Below are positions 47,861 through 62,050 of a stretch of 64,000 nt of DNA, piece by piece (position 1 is the stretch's first letter; each line of letters begins with the position of its first letter). Location of the stretch: assembly GCF_018977255.1 (NCBI RefSeq), contig NW_024704742.1, forward strand, positions 53,074,001 to 53,138,000. The letters run 5' to 3'. The stretch comes from Callorhinchus milii. Its lineage: Eukaryota. Position numbers and translations under genes: made by a program. The notes beneath the pieces are model-generated. The model searched no databases and was not told the origin of the DNA. It was given only the letters and a program-made list of their open reading frames with translations.

Positions 47861-50800
47861 ATTTGATGTAATCCTTGTATTTGATATAGCGTTCCTTCCT
47901 CCCTCCCTCCCGCCCTCAAAATATTTTTCCATTGATAGTCTTCCTTTAACTATGTTCTGTAGTGTTCAGTTAGAAGCTCAATTGCCACTCCCCTTGTTGG
48001 TGTAAGAGTGGAAACAATTCATACACGTTTTCTAAGGGAAGAGTAAGGGAAGAGTGAGAAGTAAGAGTGAAAGGAAATGAGACATAATATATCAGTAAAG
48101 AATAATTGATTGATTTGGAAACACTAGCCAGATTCATTCTGTAACGTTCTTTCCTTTTTTTCTCTATGAAGCATTTTAGTGTCCAGAATTTGGCAAACTG
48201 TTGAATTCATTCTGTAGAATATGCAGTTCTTAAAAGAAACTTTCAGAAAAACACTTCAAAATGACGGCTGCATTCAAGAATTTACCACATGCCGGAAAAC
48301 TCTGAAATGCTATATAAATAGCCTTGCTCTGATTAGCTGAGTGGTTTGAGCTGGCTGAATTCCATCAGTACTTTAAACCATAATCCAAAAGCAGTCAATA
48401 AGGCAAATATATCTGGAATGTAAAAGCAAGGATCTGCCATCAACTAACAAGCGGGTCCCTAATTACTGCGAGGTAAACAGCGATATGTGGAGTAAGGAAC
48501 CTTGCCTAAGATTTCACCTACCTGGGAATCAAACCTCTCAATTGCAAGGCGAATGCTCTGACCAATACTCTACCAGGACCACACATTTCCTCTTTCCTCC
48601 CTTTTTTGGCTGAATAAATAGACCCCCAAATCCTGGAGTTTTATTTTGTGAATATAAAAAGCAACTTTAATGGTTCCATGAAAAATCTTTCTTAAGCTTC
48701 ATTGGATCCATTACAAGCCTTAACATCAGAACTAAGACATTCAAACTGAGATCAGGAAATATTCCTTCACATAGAAGGCTGAGAAAATCGTTGCTCCTAG
48801 GAAGCTGTAGAAGCAAAATCAATAGTTAGTTTAAAAGAGAAATTGACATTACTTGATCAGTAGAAGTATTAAGTAGACGTATTGGCGAAAAGTTGGGCAT
48901 TGGGATTAAAAGATCTGACAAGGTATAAAACATTGCTTGAACAGGGCCAATGGGCTGAACGTCCTAAATGAATATGTTGGGGTCCTAATGCCTTGACTTT
49001 GGTGAAACAGCACCTGTGTTCTCTGGCACAGACATGTGTGGTAAGAGCCTTCTCCTGGGGAACAGATTATGCAACAACAACAACAACAACAAGATTCCAT
49101 TTATAAAGTGCCTTTCACGTCGGGAGGACGTCCCAAGGCACTGGGCAGTTGGGTCAGGACTGGCACTCCAGAACTGGCAAACAGTAACTCTGTTTCTGTG
49201 AGTTCTCAGTAGCTTTTAAGCATGAAAAAGAGTTTCCATACATTCTAAATAATAAATTAAATAACCCCTGCATTTGTTATAGTGCCTTTTGCATCAGGAG
49301 AATATCTTCACAAGATTTACTGTAGTGACGTTAAATAGGTGAACACTGTAGTCAATTTTCACACAGCAATGTTCCCACAAACAGCCATGAAGTGAGTGAT
49401 CAATTTTATTCGGGGGATTGTTGGCCTGGACACCAGGAGAAACTCGCTTCTCTTTTTGAGTAGTGCCATGGGATCTTTAACATCCACCTGAACATGGGAC
49501 CTCAGTTTAACATCTTATCTGAAGGACGGATTCTAGACTCCACACTGATGAAAAAAATCGACTTTATAAGATACAAACTCATATCAGTTGCTGATATCGC
49601 TTGAAGCTTACCATTCAGCTCACTAACTGTCAACTCCCCCTGTCTCAGCGAGCAAGCATAAAATTCTTTTATGAGCTTTTCTATCCACTCTAAAGCTATT
49701 AAGGTCATATGCTAAGTAGCTCCTTTCCTGCAAGCAGGACTGCTCTCTGCAAGAAGAATATGTGAACCACAAGCCATCTTTGACTTGCTTCTCCAGTGAT
49801 AGAAAGAAAAAATTACCTTGGACCTAACCCAAAATTGCTTCCAAAGATTTGTTTGAAATACAATGATATTGTCCATGTTCTCTTGTTACCTTCCTCCAGT
49901 CCCTTCAGAAAAGGTTGCAGACTTCATGCTATGGATGTGAAACAACCATTATCCTATTGAGTGGATTGTACCACAGAACTCAGGAAGTTAAGACAATTAT
50001 TTATGCCAGTGAATGTCAATTTTTACTGTCTTCTGTGTCCAGACAGAAATCACTTATGATTTCCTGATTGAATTTGCTGAATTCCTTTGAGGCAATGATC
50101 AAAGTTATGTTATTAGATACGGATTTTGATCCTCATTCCATGGTGAGAAAATTGCTGAAAATGGGGTGGGCAGACGTGTGTGAAATTTACAGCATGTGAC
50201 TTTTCTTTCAACAATCCTGAAAACTGTATTGCTGGAGAAGGTGTGGTGAGAGCACTGCTCTTTCTCTACTAAACCATCTCCCTTGCCTTTACCGTGATTG
50301 TTAACATGAAAGCTCAGCAAACCATGAAGGCAATTGCCAATCAGAGCAGGACTTCAAATTCTACACACGGATATGGTAAGTGCGATGTGCTTTTATGTCA
50401 AATGTTTGTGAATGCTAATTTTTATTCCATTCCAGCATAAATGATTTAGTATTTCCTGATCTGTTAAAGTCATCTAATTTACACCCTTCCATCAAAAGGA
50501 GAAAGTGCAAATCAAACCATTTAGTTCAAATGCATGAATCAAAAAATGAAACATTTATACTTGGCAAAATTCCTAACCAGTTCTCTGGCAACTGAATCCC
50601 CCTGAATATCTGTAATTTATCTGATTTGTTGGATAGTTCATTTTGACTTCAGTGTTTTCTTAGTGCTGTATTCAAGACAAGATTAAGGTGACAATCTAGT
50701 CTCCAATAATGGGGTTAGAAATGTGACATGTAATGATAACGATAATAAATAATTCTTGCATTTGATATAGTGCCTTATCTTGTCGCTAAGACTTCTGAAA

Positions 50801-51161
50801 GCATATATACAGACTATACTGTAAAGTGGAGTGTCTGTATATTTTATGGGTGATTAAACGTTCATTTAATATGGTGATTCATGTGGTTGTTGCTGCTTTT
50901 GTATCTTAGGTATCATGATCCATATAATCATTTTGGTAGAAGCCACGCTCCCACTTTTTAGATTTCTCTCTTTACACTGGACAAGAATAGTGTTGCATTT
51001 TATATGGCACCTTATCACATTGTTGAGACATCGCAAAGCTCCTCACAACATGATTTAATTAATGTAAAGTGTACTTATTGTATATTCGTAGGTGAACACA
51101 GAGCCAATTTGGCTACAGCAATGATACACCCACCTCTGACGTTACAGTACTCCTCCATCAC

Positions 51162-51430
51162 TACAACAACAATAACAAGTTGTGTTTATATAGCGCCCTC
51201 CACGCCAGGCAGCGTCTCAGAGCGCTTAACAATGGTGGAGCCCGATGCCGAGCCGGGGGAGGGGGAAGGTGACCGTAGGCACAGTGGCTGAAGGCACGGC
51301 TGCTGATGATGGAGCAGAGGATTCGAGGGACAAGGAGGAGGCCAGAGCTAGTAGAGCGAAGGCGGCAGGTACTGCTGTGATGAGAGAGGAGGTTGGAGAG
51401 ATAGGGGGGTGCCAAGGCGTGGAGGGATTT
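51162..51430 (-). mobile_element. L2 LINE 3' fragment
   Basis: LAPPYLSNLL...LRSTSSGLLLVPR...RAFS, with a (GTT)n tail. Confidence 0.8.
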
Positions 51431-53311
51431 AGCCCTTTTCACTACTACATTGAAGTGCCAGCCCAGACTGTGAATTTAAAGTCTCAACATAGGGCTTGAG
51501 GGCTCACAACATAGGGCATAGGGCTCACAGTCTTATGACTTAGAGGCGAGAGTGCTACCAACTGAGTCAAGCTGCCGCCTCTGATTTAAAACTATTAGAA
51601 AAAAAATCTTCCTGAAAATTCCTGGAGAAATCTGAAAAATACACCAATCAATCAAAAACATTTCCAGCCCAATTCCACACATTCCGTCTCAATCTCAAAT
51701 GGCAGCATTTATACCTTTCCACTGTGACCATTTATACAGGTTTGTAAATCACAGGAACATCCAATTGCACAAAGTGAAGAACTGTACAGTGTTCAGCCAA
51801 CCAATCTAACCCTTAAAGATTTGGTGGTACATTGTAAGCCTACTTGAAGGGCGCTATATAATTGCAAGTTGTTAGTGTTGTTTGTTGTGATGTTCAATGT
51901 GCTATAATGTGCTGGGAAATATGCAGATGTAAACATATCTATTTGACTGTCATTTTATTTCCATGCTCATAGACTGATTATATTTAAAATGTGTTAATTC
52001 TCCAGCCTGATTAATCATAAATATTAACAGCCACATCCATTTCAGCTCCCTCCATCTATCATCCCTATTCTACAACCTCTTTAATCCTTGAAATAATGGC
52101 AACAGCAGGAACATTTCCATCATGAAATCCACTGACTACCAGCTGCGGACAATTTAACTAAGCGCTATTTTGGGAAGCTCACAGCATTTCAGTTCACCTG
52201 GGAGAAAGCACATATCTGGCTATTGGTCTCAATAGAATTTTCTCTTAGTTTTAAGAAAGATCAAGGCCATAAGGAAGGTGCGAATCCGAATTTATCCAAT
52301 ATTCATCCTGGAGCTACAGCTGATCCCATCTAACTTGGATTCATTCATTACCTTCACATTTAAGCAGTTTTCCACGGGTAAAGCAAAAGGAAAAACACTT
52401 CTCTTCAAAGCAGTCTTGTGGATATAATGACAGCCTTGTGCGGGTAATCTAGAATTGCTATGGTAATTGTTTGGCTCCTGTTGCTGAAAGACCTTTTCCT
52501 CAGCCTGTATAAATATGAGCTACAGAACATAACAGCACTTCATGCATATTTGACCTTTCGAATGTTTATTTTTAATTTTTACATAACTCACTGCTTAGCT
52601 TGCTTATGTTAATTACCTGTTTTTTCAACTAAAATTGCTCCATTATGAAGGGAAATTTTAAAACTTGACTGTTCTTGACAGAAGAGAGTTAAATCAAGGT
52701 CTGCCTGATCTTCTAGATGTTAGTGATCCTGTGGCGCTATTTGAAAAGAAAAGTTTCTTCTTGTGTCCTGATTAAAAGGAAATGTCTTTTTTTATATAAA
52801 ACTGTTCTAGATTTACGTCCTACTGCTTTCTTTGTCTTACTGTTGGCCTATTTCACTCCTGTCTTAGAGAAACCACAATCTTTTTCAGATAACGTTCCAT
52901 GAATGTTTGTATGTTGGCCAATGACCATTATTTATGTGAGTGTCAAGCTATTTACAACTTGGAACTGAGGACAACTGAGTTTTGTGTTGACACACACACT
53001 CACACACATACTTCCATCAGGATTCGTTGCTAATTTATTTCTCCCAAACACAGGCTTGTTGTCAATCCTGCTGATCCAGTTCTGATGTATGATTACACAA
53101 CAACAATTTTACATTATGTAGCATTTTTCACGTCACAAGCATGTCTTAAACTGCTTCACAGAGCCACAGGAGTGTGAGCTGGGAGTGGGAGGTGGTGGGT
53201 GGGGGTGGAAAGGAAACCAAGAGCAAGGCCAAAAAGAAAGGTCTCAATGTAGGTTTTAAATGTGGGGAGAGAGGATGTAAGTTGATACAACACAAAATAA
53301 TGTGCAAAATT

Positions 53312-54295
53312 ATACTTGTAATGCGCCTTTCATGTCAGGAGGACGTCCCAAGGCACTGAACAGTCAGGGATTAGGACCCGACTGGTGGTGGGGCGGGTTT
53401 GAGATCATCAGAGAGGGTTTAGTGCAGAGAGGGTAGTCAAAGACAAGGTAGAAGAGGAGGGATATGGGATGGAGTTCCAGAGGGTGGGGGCAGTGAGGCT
53501 GAAGGCCTGACCGCCAATGGTGGGTCAAACCGGAGGACACACATGGAGCAGGTCTGAGCCTGCTGAGTGGAGGGAGCGGACAGGTTGATGTCTGTAAATA
53601 GAGGGGCAAGGAGGTGGAGCTGGTGATAGGGATAGGGTCGAGGGAGCAGGTGGTCTGTTTCATGGAGGTTATAATGGTGGTGAGAAAGGAGGGGGAGACA
53701 GGTTTAATGGTGTGGAGGGAGGGAGGGAGGGAGGGATAGGTAGGGACCATGGTGTGAGGGGGAGATGGGGAGGGAGTAGTAGATGGAAGGGCAGAGGCAG
53801 CTGAGTGGATCCCCTCAACTTTGGTTTAGAGGAAGTCCAGCATTATGTCGTAGTTGGCTTGGAGGGGAGGATGGGTGTGGTATGAGAGGGTGGGTGGAGG
53901 AGCCGGTTGGTGATGAAGAAAAGGAGCCTGAGATTGTCCTTGACTTCCAAGATTGTCTTGGAGTAGAAGGACGATTTAGTGGAGGCGATGGCGGAGCGTT
54001 AAGTTTTTAAGTGGTCCAGCCAGATCTGCCGATGGACAGTTAAATTAGATTTGAGCCAGGCAAGTTCAACTGCACGCACCTGTGCCTTGAGGGCGTGGAG
54101 GTGGCTGGTGTACCAGGGTGACTTCTGTGAGTAGGAGGCGATTCAGGAAGTGAGGGGAGCAAAAGCATTGTGAGTGGTGGAGAGGAGGTTGTGGAGGAGA
54201 GTGACCGAGGAGGATAGGTTTATTGTGGGAGGAAGAGGGGGAGGAGTTTAGATGACTCTAAGGCGGCAGAGAGGGAGGGGTGGGAGATTTTTTTT
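53312..54295 (-). mobile_element. Fragmented L2 LINE
   Basis: 3' stem-loop end, SMKQTTCSLDPIP, and linker similar to the 35660-38150 copy. Confidence 0.8.
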
Positions 54296-55116
54296 CCAGA
54301 TTATAGACATCTTTGCCCATTTGAGTTCAAGTGAATTAGTGCCTGTTGGGTGAACAATGTGCTTCATTCAATTTAAGTTGCTTATGTTCTGTCCAAGATA
54401 TGAGGAGTTTAATTCAGAAGTGAAGCACGGGGACTTTGATAACAGCTAGTTGTAAATAAAATAATGAACATTTTTTATGTTGTGTTGAATGATGAAGACA
54501 ATAGGTTTGGTTACATTTTCTTTTTCATCTCTATTGTTACTGTCTTTGTGGAGATATATTTCCCACTGAGTTCTGTACTTATTTGTACGTAATTGTGTTT
54601 ATTTGCATGTTTGTTATAATTTTATTTTACAAAGATATACCTCTATGACTCCGCTCAGACCCAAAATTCCACCCAGCATTACCTTTAGGACCATTTTATT
54701 TTAAAGTTTAAGATGGCATTGTATTAGAAAAATCTTCTAAATTCATTCTTCATTTGGAAGCAATTGTTTTCTGGAACATTGGACCTGCTTATAATGGTTA
54801 TGTTATAATAAAATGGAAGTGAATGTCACATGAATCCCTATCGAAAATTATGACTGGATTTGCTATATCTTACGCATTCATATATCAAGGCAATCCTGAA
54901 GTGCTGGGAAATGCTTTGAAGCTTTTTCCTCCTGCCTTTAATCATATAAATAATAAAAAGACTTGCCATCATTCTTGTCACTATTGGTTAGATTGCCTGC
55001 ATCCTGCATTGAAGAAGAGAATTATAATGAAATAGGGTAATACACAACAGATTTCATCAGCCTTTTCAGAAGCAATATTGCTTCACAGAAAGAGAGTATT
55101 GAAGCCAATCACTTTA

Positions 55117-55525
55117 TAATAATAATAATCCTTGCATTTAATTTAGTGTGAGAATGTCTCAAAGTGCTTCACAGGATTTGCTGTAAAGTGTAGTGATTTT
55201 GTACAAATTAATTTGTGCGCAGCATGTCTCATAATGAGCATTAAGTGAAATGAGATTTATCTGGGAGATTGTTGTTCAGGACATCAGGAGAAGCTCCCTT
55301 CTTTTTTCAAAGCATGTCATAGTAACTTTAACATCCACCTGGAGAGGCAGACGGGACCTTGGTTTAATGTCTTACCCGAAGGATGACATCTCCAATAATA
55401 CAGTGCTCCCTCAGCACTGTATTGGAGTGTCAGCCTACACTGTGAGTTCAAAGTCCTGCCATTGAGCTTGAACCCTGGACCTTCTGATTCAGATGCAAGA
55501 GTGCCACCAACTGATCCAGGCTGAT
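55117..55525 (-). mobile_element. Older Deu-type tRNA SINE, near full length
   Basis: Reverse complement of the head (GTTGGTGGCACTCTTGCATCTGAATCAGAAGG...GGTTCAAG), core and (ATT)n tail. Confidence 0.8.
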
Positions 55526-58500
55526 ACCTGTCACAAGTCTGAATCATCTGCTGAGTCTGACTGTGGAGGTTCACACCTGAAGATCAGACACTTGGGAGCT
55601 GGTGTTTGCCATTGAACTATCAAGCATGAGTCATCACCTTCAGGCCAAGAGAGAGAAAAGATAATTATTTTTTGCACAACCATAATTTAGATTATTTACT
55701 AAATGCTGCTTTGGGATAAGTGTTAGAAAAAAAGATGATTAGAAAAAAGATTGTATTAGAATACAGATTGCAGGGTCTGATGTGAAAATTAACACATCGC
55801 TGACAATGGTGAAGAAGGCCAACTATTGACTGGTTCATTTGTCACCCTCAATGCTCCCATCCACTGAAGGCCACTATTGTAGTTGCTGTCTATGAAGTCT
55901 GAGGTTGGACGGTGGCTCCTGGAATATCTCAACAAAACATGGGGGTAAAGATGTGATGTTCAAGAATATCACCAGTGTCAATTATTGACCATAACGCTCC
56001 TGGTAAGTGGTCTCTCCTTTTTCAGCTCCAGCCATCACCGATTTATAAATACAGTATTTTGAAGTGATGTGAGCATTACTGTAGAGTGATAAGGTATTTC
56101 TTGGGATTATATTTTTTTCCAGCATCGATCTGCAAAGGAAGACAGATCTTCACTCTCCCGACCAAAACATAATTTTTTTATTGACCAGATCTGGGACCTT
56201 GGATCTAGGCTGCCTGATGACGTGCACACTCTTCATTGTGTATGTCTGTTTCTTGAAAGGCATTTGTATATTGTACTGCACTTCAATTTGAGAAATGGTG
56301 AATCTTGTATAGCTCTAGTATGTCAGCTCTTTTAAACAACTTTGAGATGTCTTCCTGATGTGAAAGGCGCTATACTAATGCAAATTGTATTGTAAATTGC
56401 AATGTAGCTCTAGTTAAATCTATTTAAAAACTAACAATCCATTAAAATAAAAATAAAATGAAGCTGATCTAGAAAAAATCCCTGAACCGTGAATTAATTT
56501 TGAATGAATCATGTATTTCCTTTTGTCTCATTTTTGAACAAAATTTTGAAAATCTCAAATCAATTTATGGCTCTAAGTAGCTTGAGTTGGATTTGCTCTG
56601 CCAGATCTGTAAAACGATTACAAGCACGACAAATACTCAGCATTAAAATTAACATCTTAACAGTTTGTTTCCCTTTGGGATTGAGCAGCCTCGCTCCCCT
56701 GCCTGAAATTGCCTAATACAGATGCAGCCATCCATTTTATTCCCTTCATTGTGCTCTGTACTGCACCTTTCACCCCTTAAAAAGAACTGGAAACCAAGCT
56801 GAAGAATTATTAGCAAGTGCCAATTTGTTGTTAAATATTTTGATTAATTAAAATGTGAGTCACTCCTCAGAATACACCATACGTTTCTGAGCGGTGAGAG
56901 GTTCTGAGACCGGGCATCAATGTGATTAAAATTGGCACTAGCTACTGCCAAAATTTGCATGGGTGGAAATGTAAAGTGGATCAATTATAATGAGGAGCTG
57001 CAGACTGCGAACACAGAGAAATATCCTTGTTACAGTCACTTGTTAATGATCACTTATTATGGTCTTTCCTAAAAAGTGCAAGAAATGGATGGAGGTCAGC
57101 GTGAGGGATTGGAACGTCTGTTTATTTTATGTGCTAGCATCTCTGCAGTGTCGACCCATAACTAGGTCTTTAAATAGCTTTAAATCTGTAAATAGCTCCA
57201 AGAAAATGATACATTATAATAATCCTTGCATTGGATATAGCGCACAGAAGGTACAGTCAGAGACAGTCTATACTCTATATCTAGGACATCCTAGATCCTA
57301 TCCTAAGTCCAATATTCCATCCCTTTCCCCATAACCGTTAATTTTATTCACTCTTAACCATGCGTCTAGTCTTTCTGTTAATGTGCACATGGTTGCTGCC
57401 CCAACAACTGAGAATCCCACACTCTTGCCACTCTGTGTGAAAAAGTTCCTCCTAATCCCCGTTCTGGACTTCTCAGAGGTTCTGATTTTACATATTTCCA
57501 CACCGTCAACTTCTCAAAGTGCTTCACAGGATTTACTGTAAATGCATTGACTGTATATTTATAGGCAAAAATGGCAGCCAGTTTGGACACAGCAATATGC
57601 TGCGTAGCCAGGAAGCATACCTGCCAACTCTATGGGTTTTCCCCGAAGACCACAGGTTTTCAGTTCCACCTACAGGGAAAGCTCAAAAATGCGTCCCTGT
57701 TGATGCTCGTGATTAAACCAAACTGTGGGCATTATGTTGGCTGGCCGGAGTTTGAAAATGCTGAGTGAGCAAGCTGAATAGATTTTTAGTGTGTGGAATA
57801 ATTTCAGGCTGACAAAAGAATGAGTGCATAAATTATGCATATTATATATTTGACTTTTTAAAATGGTATACTCATAATCATATGGTTTTCGGGTACATTT
57901 CAGGAAACAAATTCTATTATATTTGTTATTTAGTTATTATGAAGTTTTTAATCACAAAAATTGCTTGAAACATATGCTATGGAAAGTCTGCCTTTTACTT
58001 CTGAGAAGTTTTTTGGGAGACGGGACACCAAACCAGGTACAATTTGTACCGTTAAAAATCTACTGCCTTTTCAACAAATCTACAGCTTTGAGATGATTTG
58101 ACATTTTAGGCATCAAATCCAAGCGTTATTATTAATCACTGGGCTGCAATTTTACCATCAAATATTTTTGAAAACATTTAAATTCATAGTATTCTTTTAA
58201 CACTTAGAATCAAAGGCTTTGATTACCCGGTGGCCAATTTATGCAGCATTGTCCCACAAAAAGTTTATCCAGGGTCAGGACACTGCAACAAACTGACCAA
58301 AATGAAATGGCAACGTGTACGTGCTTGCCATGGAATCTTTAACATCCATCTGAACAAACAGATGAGACCTCAGTAATGTCAAGGTTTGGTTTTAAAATGC
58401 TATTGATTGTATAAGGAATGGAGGATTGAGAGATAAGGCAATTTGGTCTTTAACCTCTGGGAAGGAGCGAGTTAGAGCAAGAGATGGTGCAGTGAGTTTT

Positions 58501-58700
58501 TTTTTCATTATTGTGAGCGTGTAGGTTTGTTTGAGCTTTGAATGAATAACGGAGGAAAATTCAGATAAGTCAACATGACACAAGTATAAATGAGAAAGAC
58601 AAGAAAGGTTAGAGGGTGGTTGGACACCAGAGACAAGAGAAAAAATTACTTATTAGTACTTGTTAGATCACCTATTCTTCTATTTTTATCTCCTGTCTCA

Positions 58701-58731
58701 GTGTGTGTGTGTGTGTGTCTGTGTGTGTGTG
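58701..58731. repeat. (GT)n microsatellite
   Basis: GT dinucleotide run with one interruption. Confidence 0.95.
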
Positions 58732-59523
58732 AATGAGCCTCTCCAGATATGAAGTAGTAGTCAGATTTGGGGCGTGGGCTTGATGGAAAATTGCTAGATC
58801 ACCTCATCTAGCTGAGACTTTTTCTCACCCTGTGATCAATATGACTAAATCCTACACAAGAGGAGGGAGTATTTAGGTTCAAAGGAAAAGAACGAAAAGA
58901 TGGCATTGTTGAGAGATATTTGTTAAGACCTCAGGGATTCCACAGTATTACAGAGTGGTGTTCAGCTGCAAGGGTTATGGATTCTGCAGTAGATCAAGTG
59001 AAATGATGTGGGAATTCAGATACTTCTTTGTGAGTGAAATAAAGATGAAAAGTGAAGCCTGTGAACAGCACTGAAACATCAATTAAAAAACATTAAAAGA
59101 TTATATGGCAAGTAAAATGTAATAACTGAAATTCATGAGGATTTTTATAGTTTTAAAGATCATGGTAAGAACCTTGTAATAAAACAATTGCTTTTTTGGT
59201 GTTTTATTCTGGTGACTCACTTAACATAAATAATACAACAATATAAAAATCCTTGCATTTGATCTAGTTCCTATGATGTCAAAATGCGTTACAGATAATT
59301 ACTGTCAGGTATAACAATTGTATTTGTTGGCAAACTCAAGAGCCAATTCATTCACAGCAGTGTCCCACAAACAGTGGCCAAGCAAATGAACAATTTATCT
59401 GGTGGAAGAAATTTCCTTCTCTTTGACAATAGTGTCACAGGATTCCAACTGAGGCAAACTTATACCTGATGTGCTTTGCTAGGATACAATTCTATATATT
59501 TGAACCCAAATTTGAACCGTTGT

Positions 59524-59836
59524 GGAGTCCTGTAGCTCAGTGGTTAGAGCACTTGCTTTGCAAGTGAGAGACCTGAGTTCAATTCCAGGCAGGGCGAAAC
59601 CTTGGGCAAGTTTCCTTACTCCACACGCCTAATAATAATCCCTCCAAAACCCAAAACAATAATAAATTGGTCATTTTCAATCTACGACGGTTTGTGGGAC
59701 ATTGCTGTGCGCAATTGGCTGCCACGTTCGCCCACAAATATACAGTCAATTCACTGTGAACACAGTGTGTTCTGTGAAGCGCTTTGAGACGTCCTCCCGA
59801 CGTGAAATGCGCTATATCAAAATACAAGTATTATTA
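59524..59836 (+). mobile_element. tRNA-Ala-like SINE, short young variant
   Basis: Closely similar to the 22321 copy. Confidence 0.92.
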
Positions 59837-61751
59837 TATTATTATAAATAGTAGACTATCACATAGATTACTGACTGTTTTATTTATTATATGAATTGAA
59901 TGTTTTTTTTCAAAAGATGACCCACCCACATTTTACTGATGTGCATTCTTCATTTTCCTATAAACTGATGATAATTTGATGATTTATATTAATATTAATT
60001 CTTACATTTGATGTAATGCTTTCCTTTCAGACTGTAAAGCACTTCACTGGATTTACTGTAAAGTGGGGGACTGTGTGTTTTGTAGATGTACTGCTTATCT
60101 CAATGAGAAAATCTGGGAAGGACACATGTGCACAAACAAAGGCACATTAATAACCCAAGCGAGCAGCCCAGGTACTGTCACTGCCCAAAAGGCAGAGAAA
60201 ACAATTTGTTCTGAAAGCCTGCAGAAAGGCGTACATTCTGCCAGAAGAGCTACGGTAACAACACAGAATTGTGGAAGTCATTGGGTCTTGACAGGATATC
60301 ACTGGTGCAATTAACATTGATGCTTGTTGTCCTGTTGGGAGCAACATTTTCTAATATCTAATCTGTTAAAAAAATATTCACTGAAATGCTGCAGATGAAT
60401 ATTTAAAATCTTCATTTTGGAGGAAATTAAAATAAGGTGCTTTTGATGTTGCTCAGTAACATTACACTCACACACTGTGGACTACTTAGCAATAGCAGGG
60501 CTGAGATAAACTGATGCCACTGGTTATTACGGACTGATTTTTTTAATTGATTTTGTTATTTTACTAATGCAATATCATTAAAGTGTGTGTCTCCATTAAA
60601 TATTTGACTTAAAAAGAAATGCTGGAAATCCACAGCAGGTCACCTAGCATCTGAAAGAGAAAGACATGATAACATGTTGAGCAGTACATTTTATCATACC
60701 TCCTAATCTTTCTTTCAGACATCAATTATTTGCTGTGCATTTCTAGTCTCTGCAGCTGTTTTTCTTTTAAATATTTAATGGTCAGATTACATCCTGGTGA
60801 TTAATAATAATGCTTGTATTTGACATGACGCTTAAAATGTCAAAACCTCTTAAAGCAACAACAACAAAATTCCATTAGTATAGTCCCTTTCAATTCAGAA
60901 GGACGTTCCAAGGCTCTGGCTTCACAGACAGCACATCAAATGTTGCCAGTTTGACTCAGTTGGGAGCGCTCAAACATCTGGGTCAGAAGATTGTCAGTTC
61001 AAACTCAATGTCAGGGATTCTGAGCTCATACACTTGTCTAACGTTTCAGTGCAATGTTGGGGATGCTAACCTTTGGAAGAGCCGTTAAACTGAGATCTCA
61101 TCTGCATATTTTAGAATCCATGACCCTAAAATTCATGATCCAAATCCTTTTAAGAATGGACTCTCTCCTGGCAAACAGGACTTCAAAATGAATTGATGAT
61201 TTTCTCCCTGACTATTTGTAGGACATTGCTGTGCACAAATTGGCTGCAGATGCAGTTTACAGAGCGTCTGTTGGTGTACTGGAGTTCAACCAGCTCGATA
61301 TGAAACAGAGGTTTATCAGTACTCCCAACACACACTCTGGGATCCCCAAACCTTGTTTTTTGCCAACCTGTGCCTAATACTCACTGGAATTAGGTATGCA
61401 GGGTGTGTCCCTCCAGAAAGTGAGTATACATTCCATTCTAAATTTTCTTGTGTATGTTTGTCCTCAAAACACTCAGTCATTTCACTTTACAGCATTTCTT
61501 ATCAAGCGCTTTCCTCCCAATGGGAAAAGCACTATCTCAAATGTAAAGATTATGAACATTTAGGTGGAATTCTCTGTCCGGTTTGAATACTGTTAAGCAC
61601 AGTAATGGGTTTCCACATGAGTCAGACTAACCCAGAAAATGCAGTTACTACACTGAACAGTAGTTTCTGTAAAGCACTTTTTGATGTTATAATCAATAAA
61701 TAAAATCCAAGCAGTGACATAACAAGGGCCCAGGGGAACCTGGTGCAAAAG

Positions 61752-62050
61752 TAATAATAATCCTTGCATTGATATAGCACCTTGAGACGTCGCAAAGTGC
61801 TTCACACAATATACTGCAAAGCGAATTGACTGTATATTTTGTAGGCGAAATGTGGTAGCTAATTGCACACAGCAGTGTCCCACAAACAGTCGCGGATTGA
61901 GTGACCAATTCATCATTGTTTTTTTGAAGGAATTATTACCCCCGGAAAAGCGATCCACCAATCGACTAACAATTGGGTTCCTATTTAATGCTGGGTAAAC
62001 AGAGGCATGTGGAGTAAGGAAACTTGCCTAAGGTTTCGTCGTGCTGGAAA
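61752..62050 (-). mobile_element. tRNA-Ala-like SINE, long variant, head truncated
   Basis: Tail, core and GGAGTAAGGAAACTTG segment present. Confidence 0.8.
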
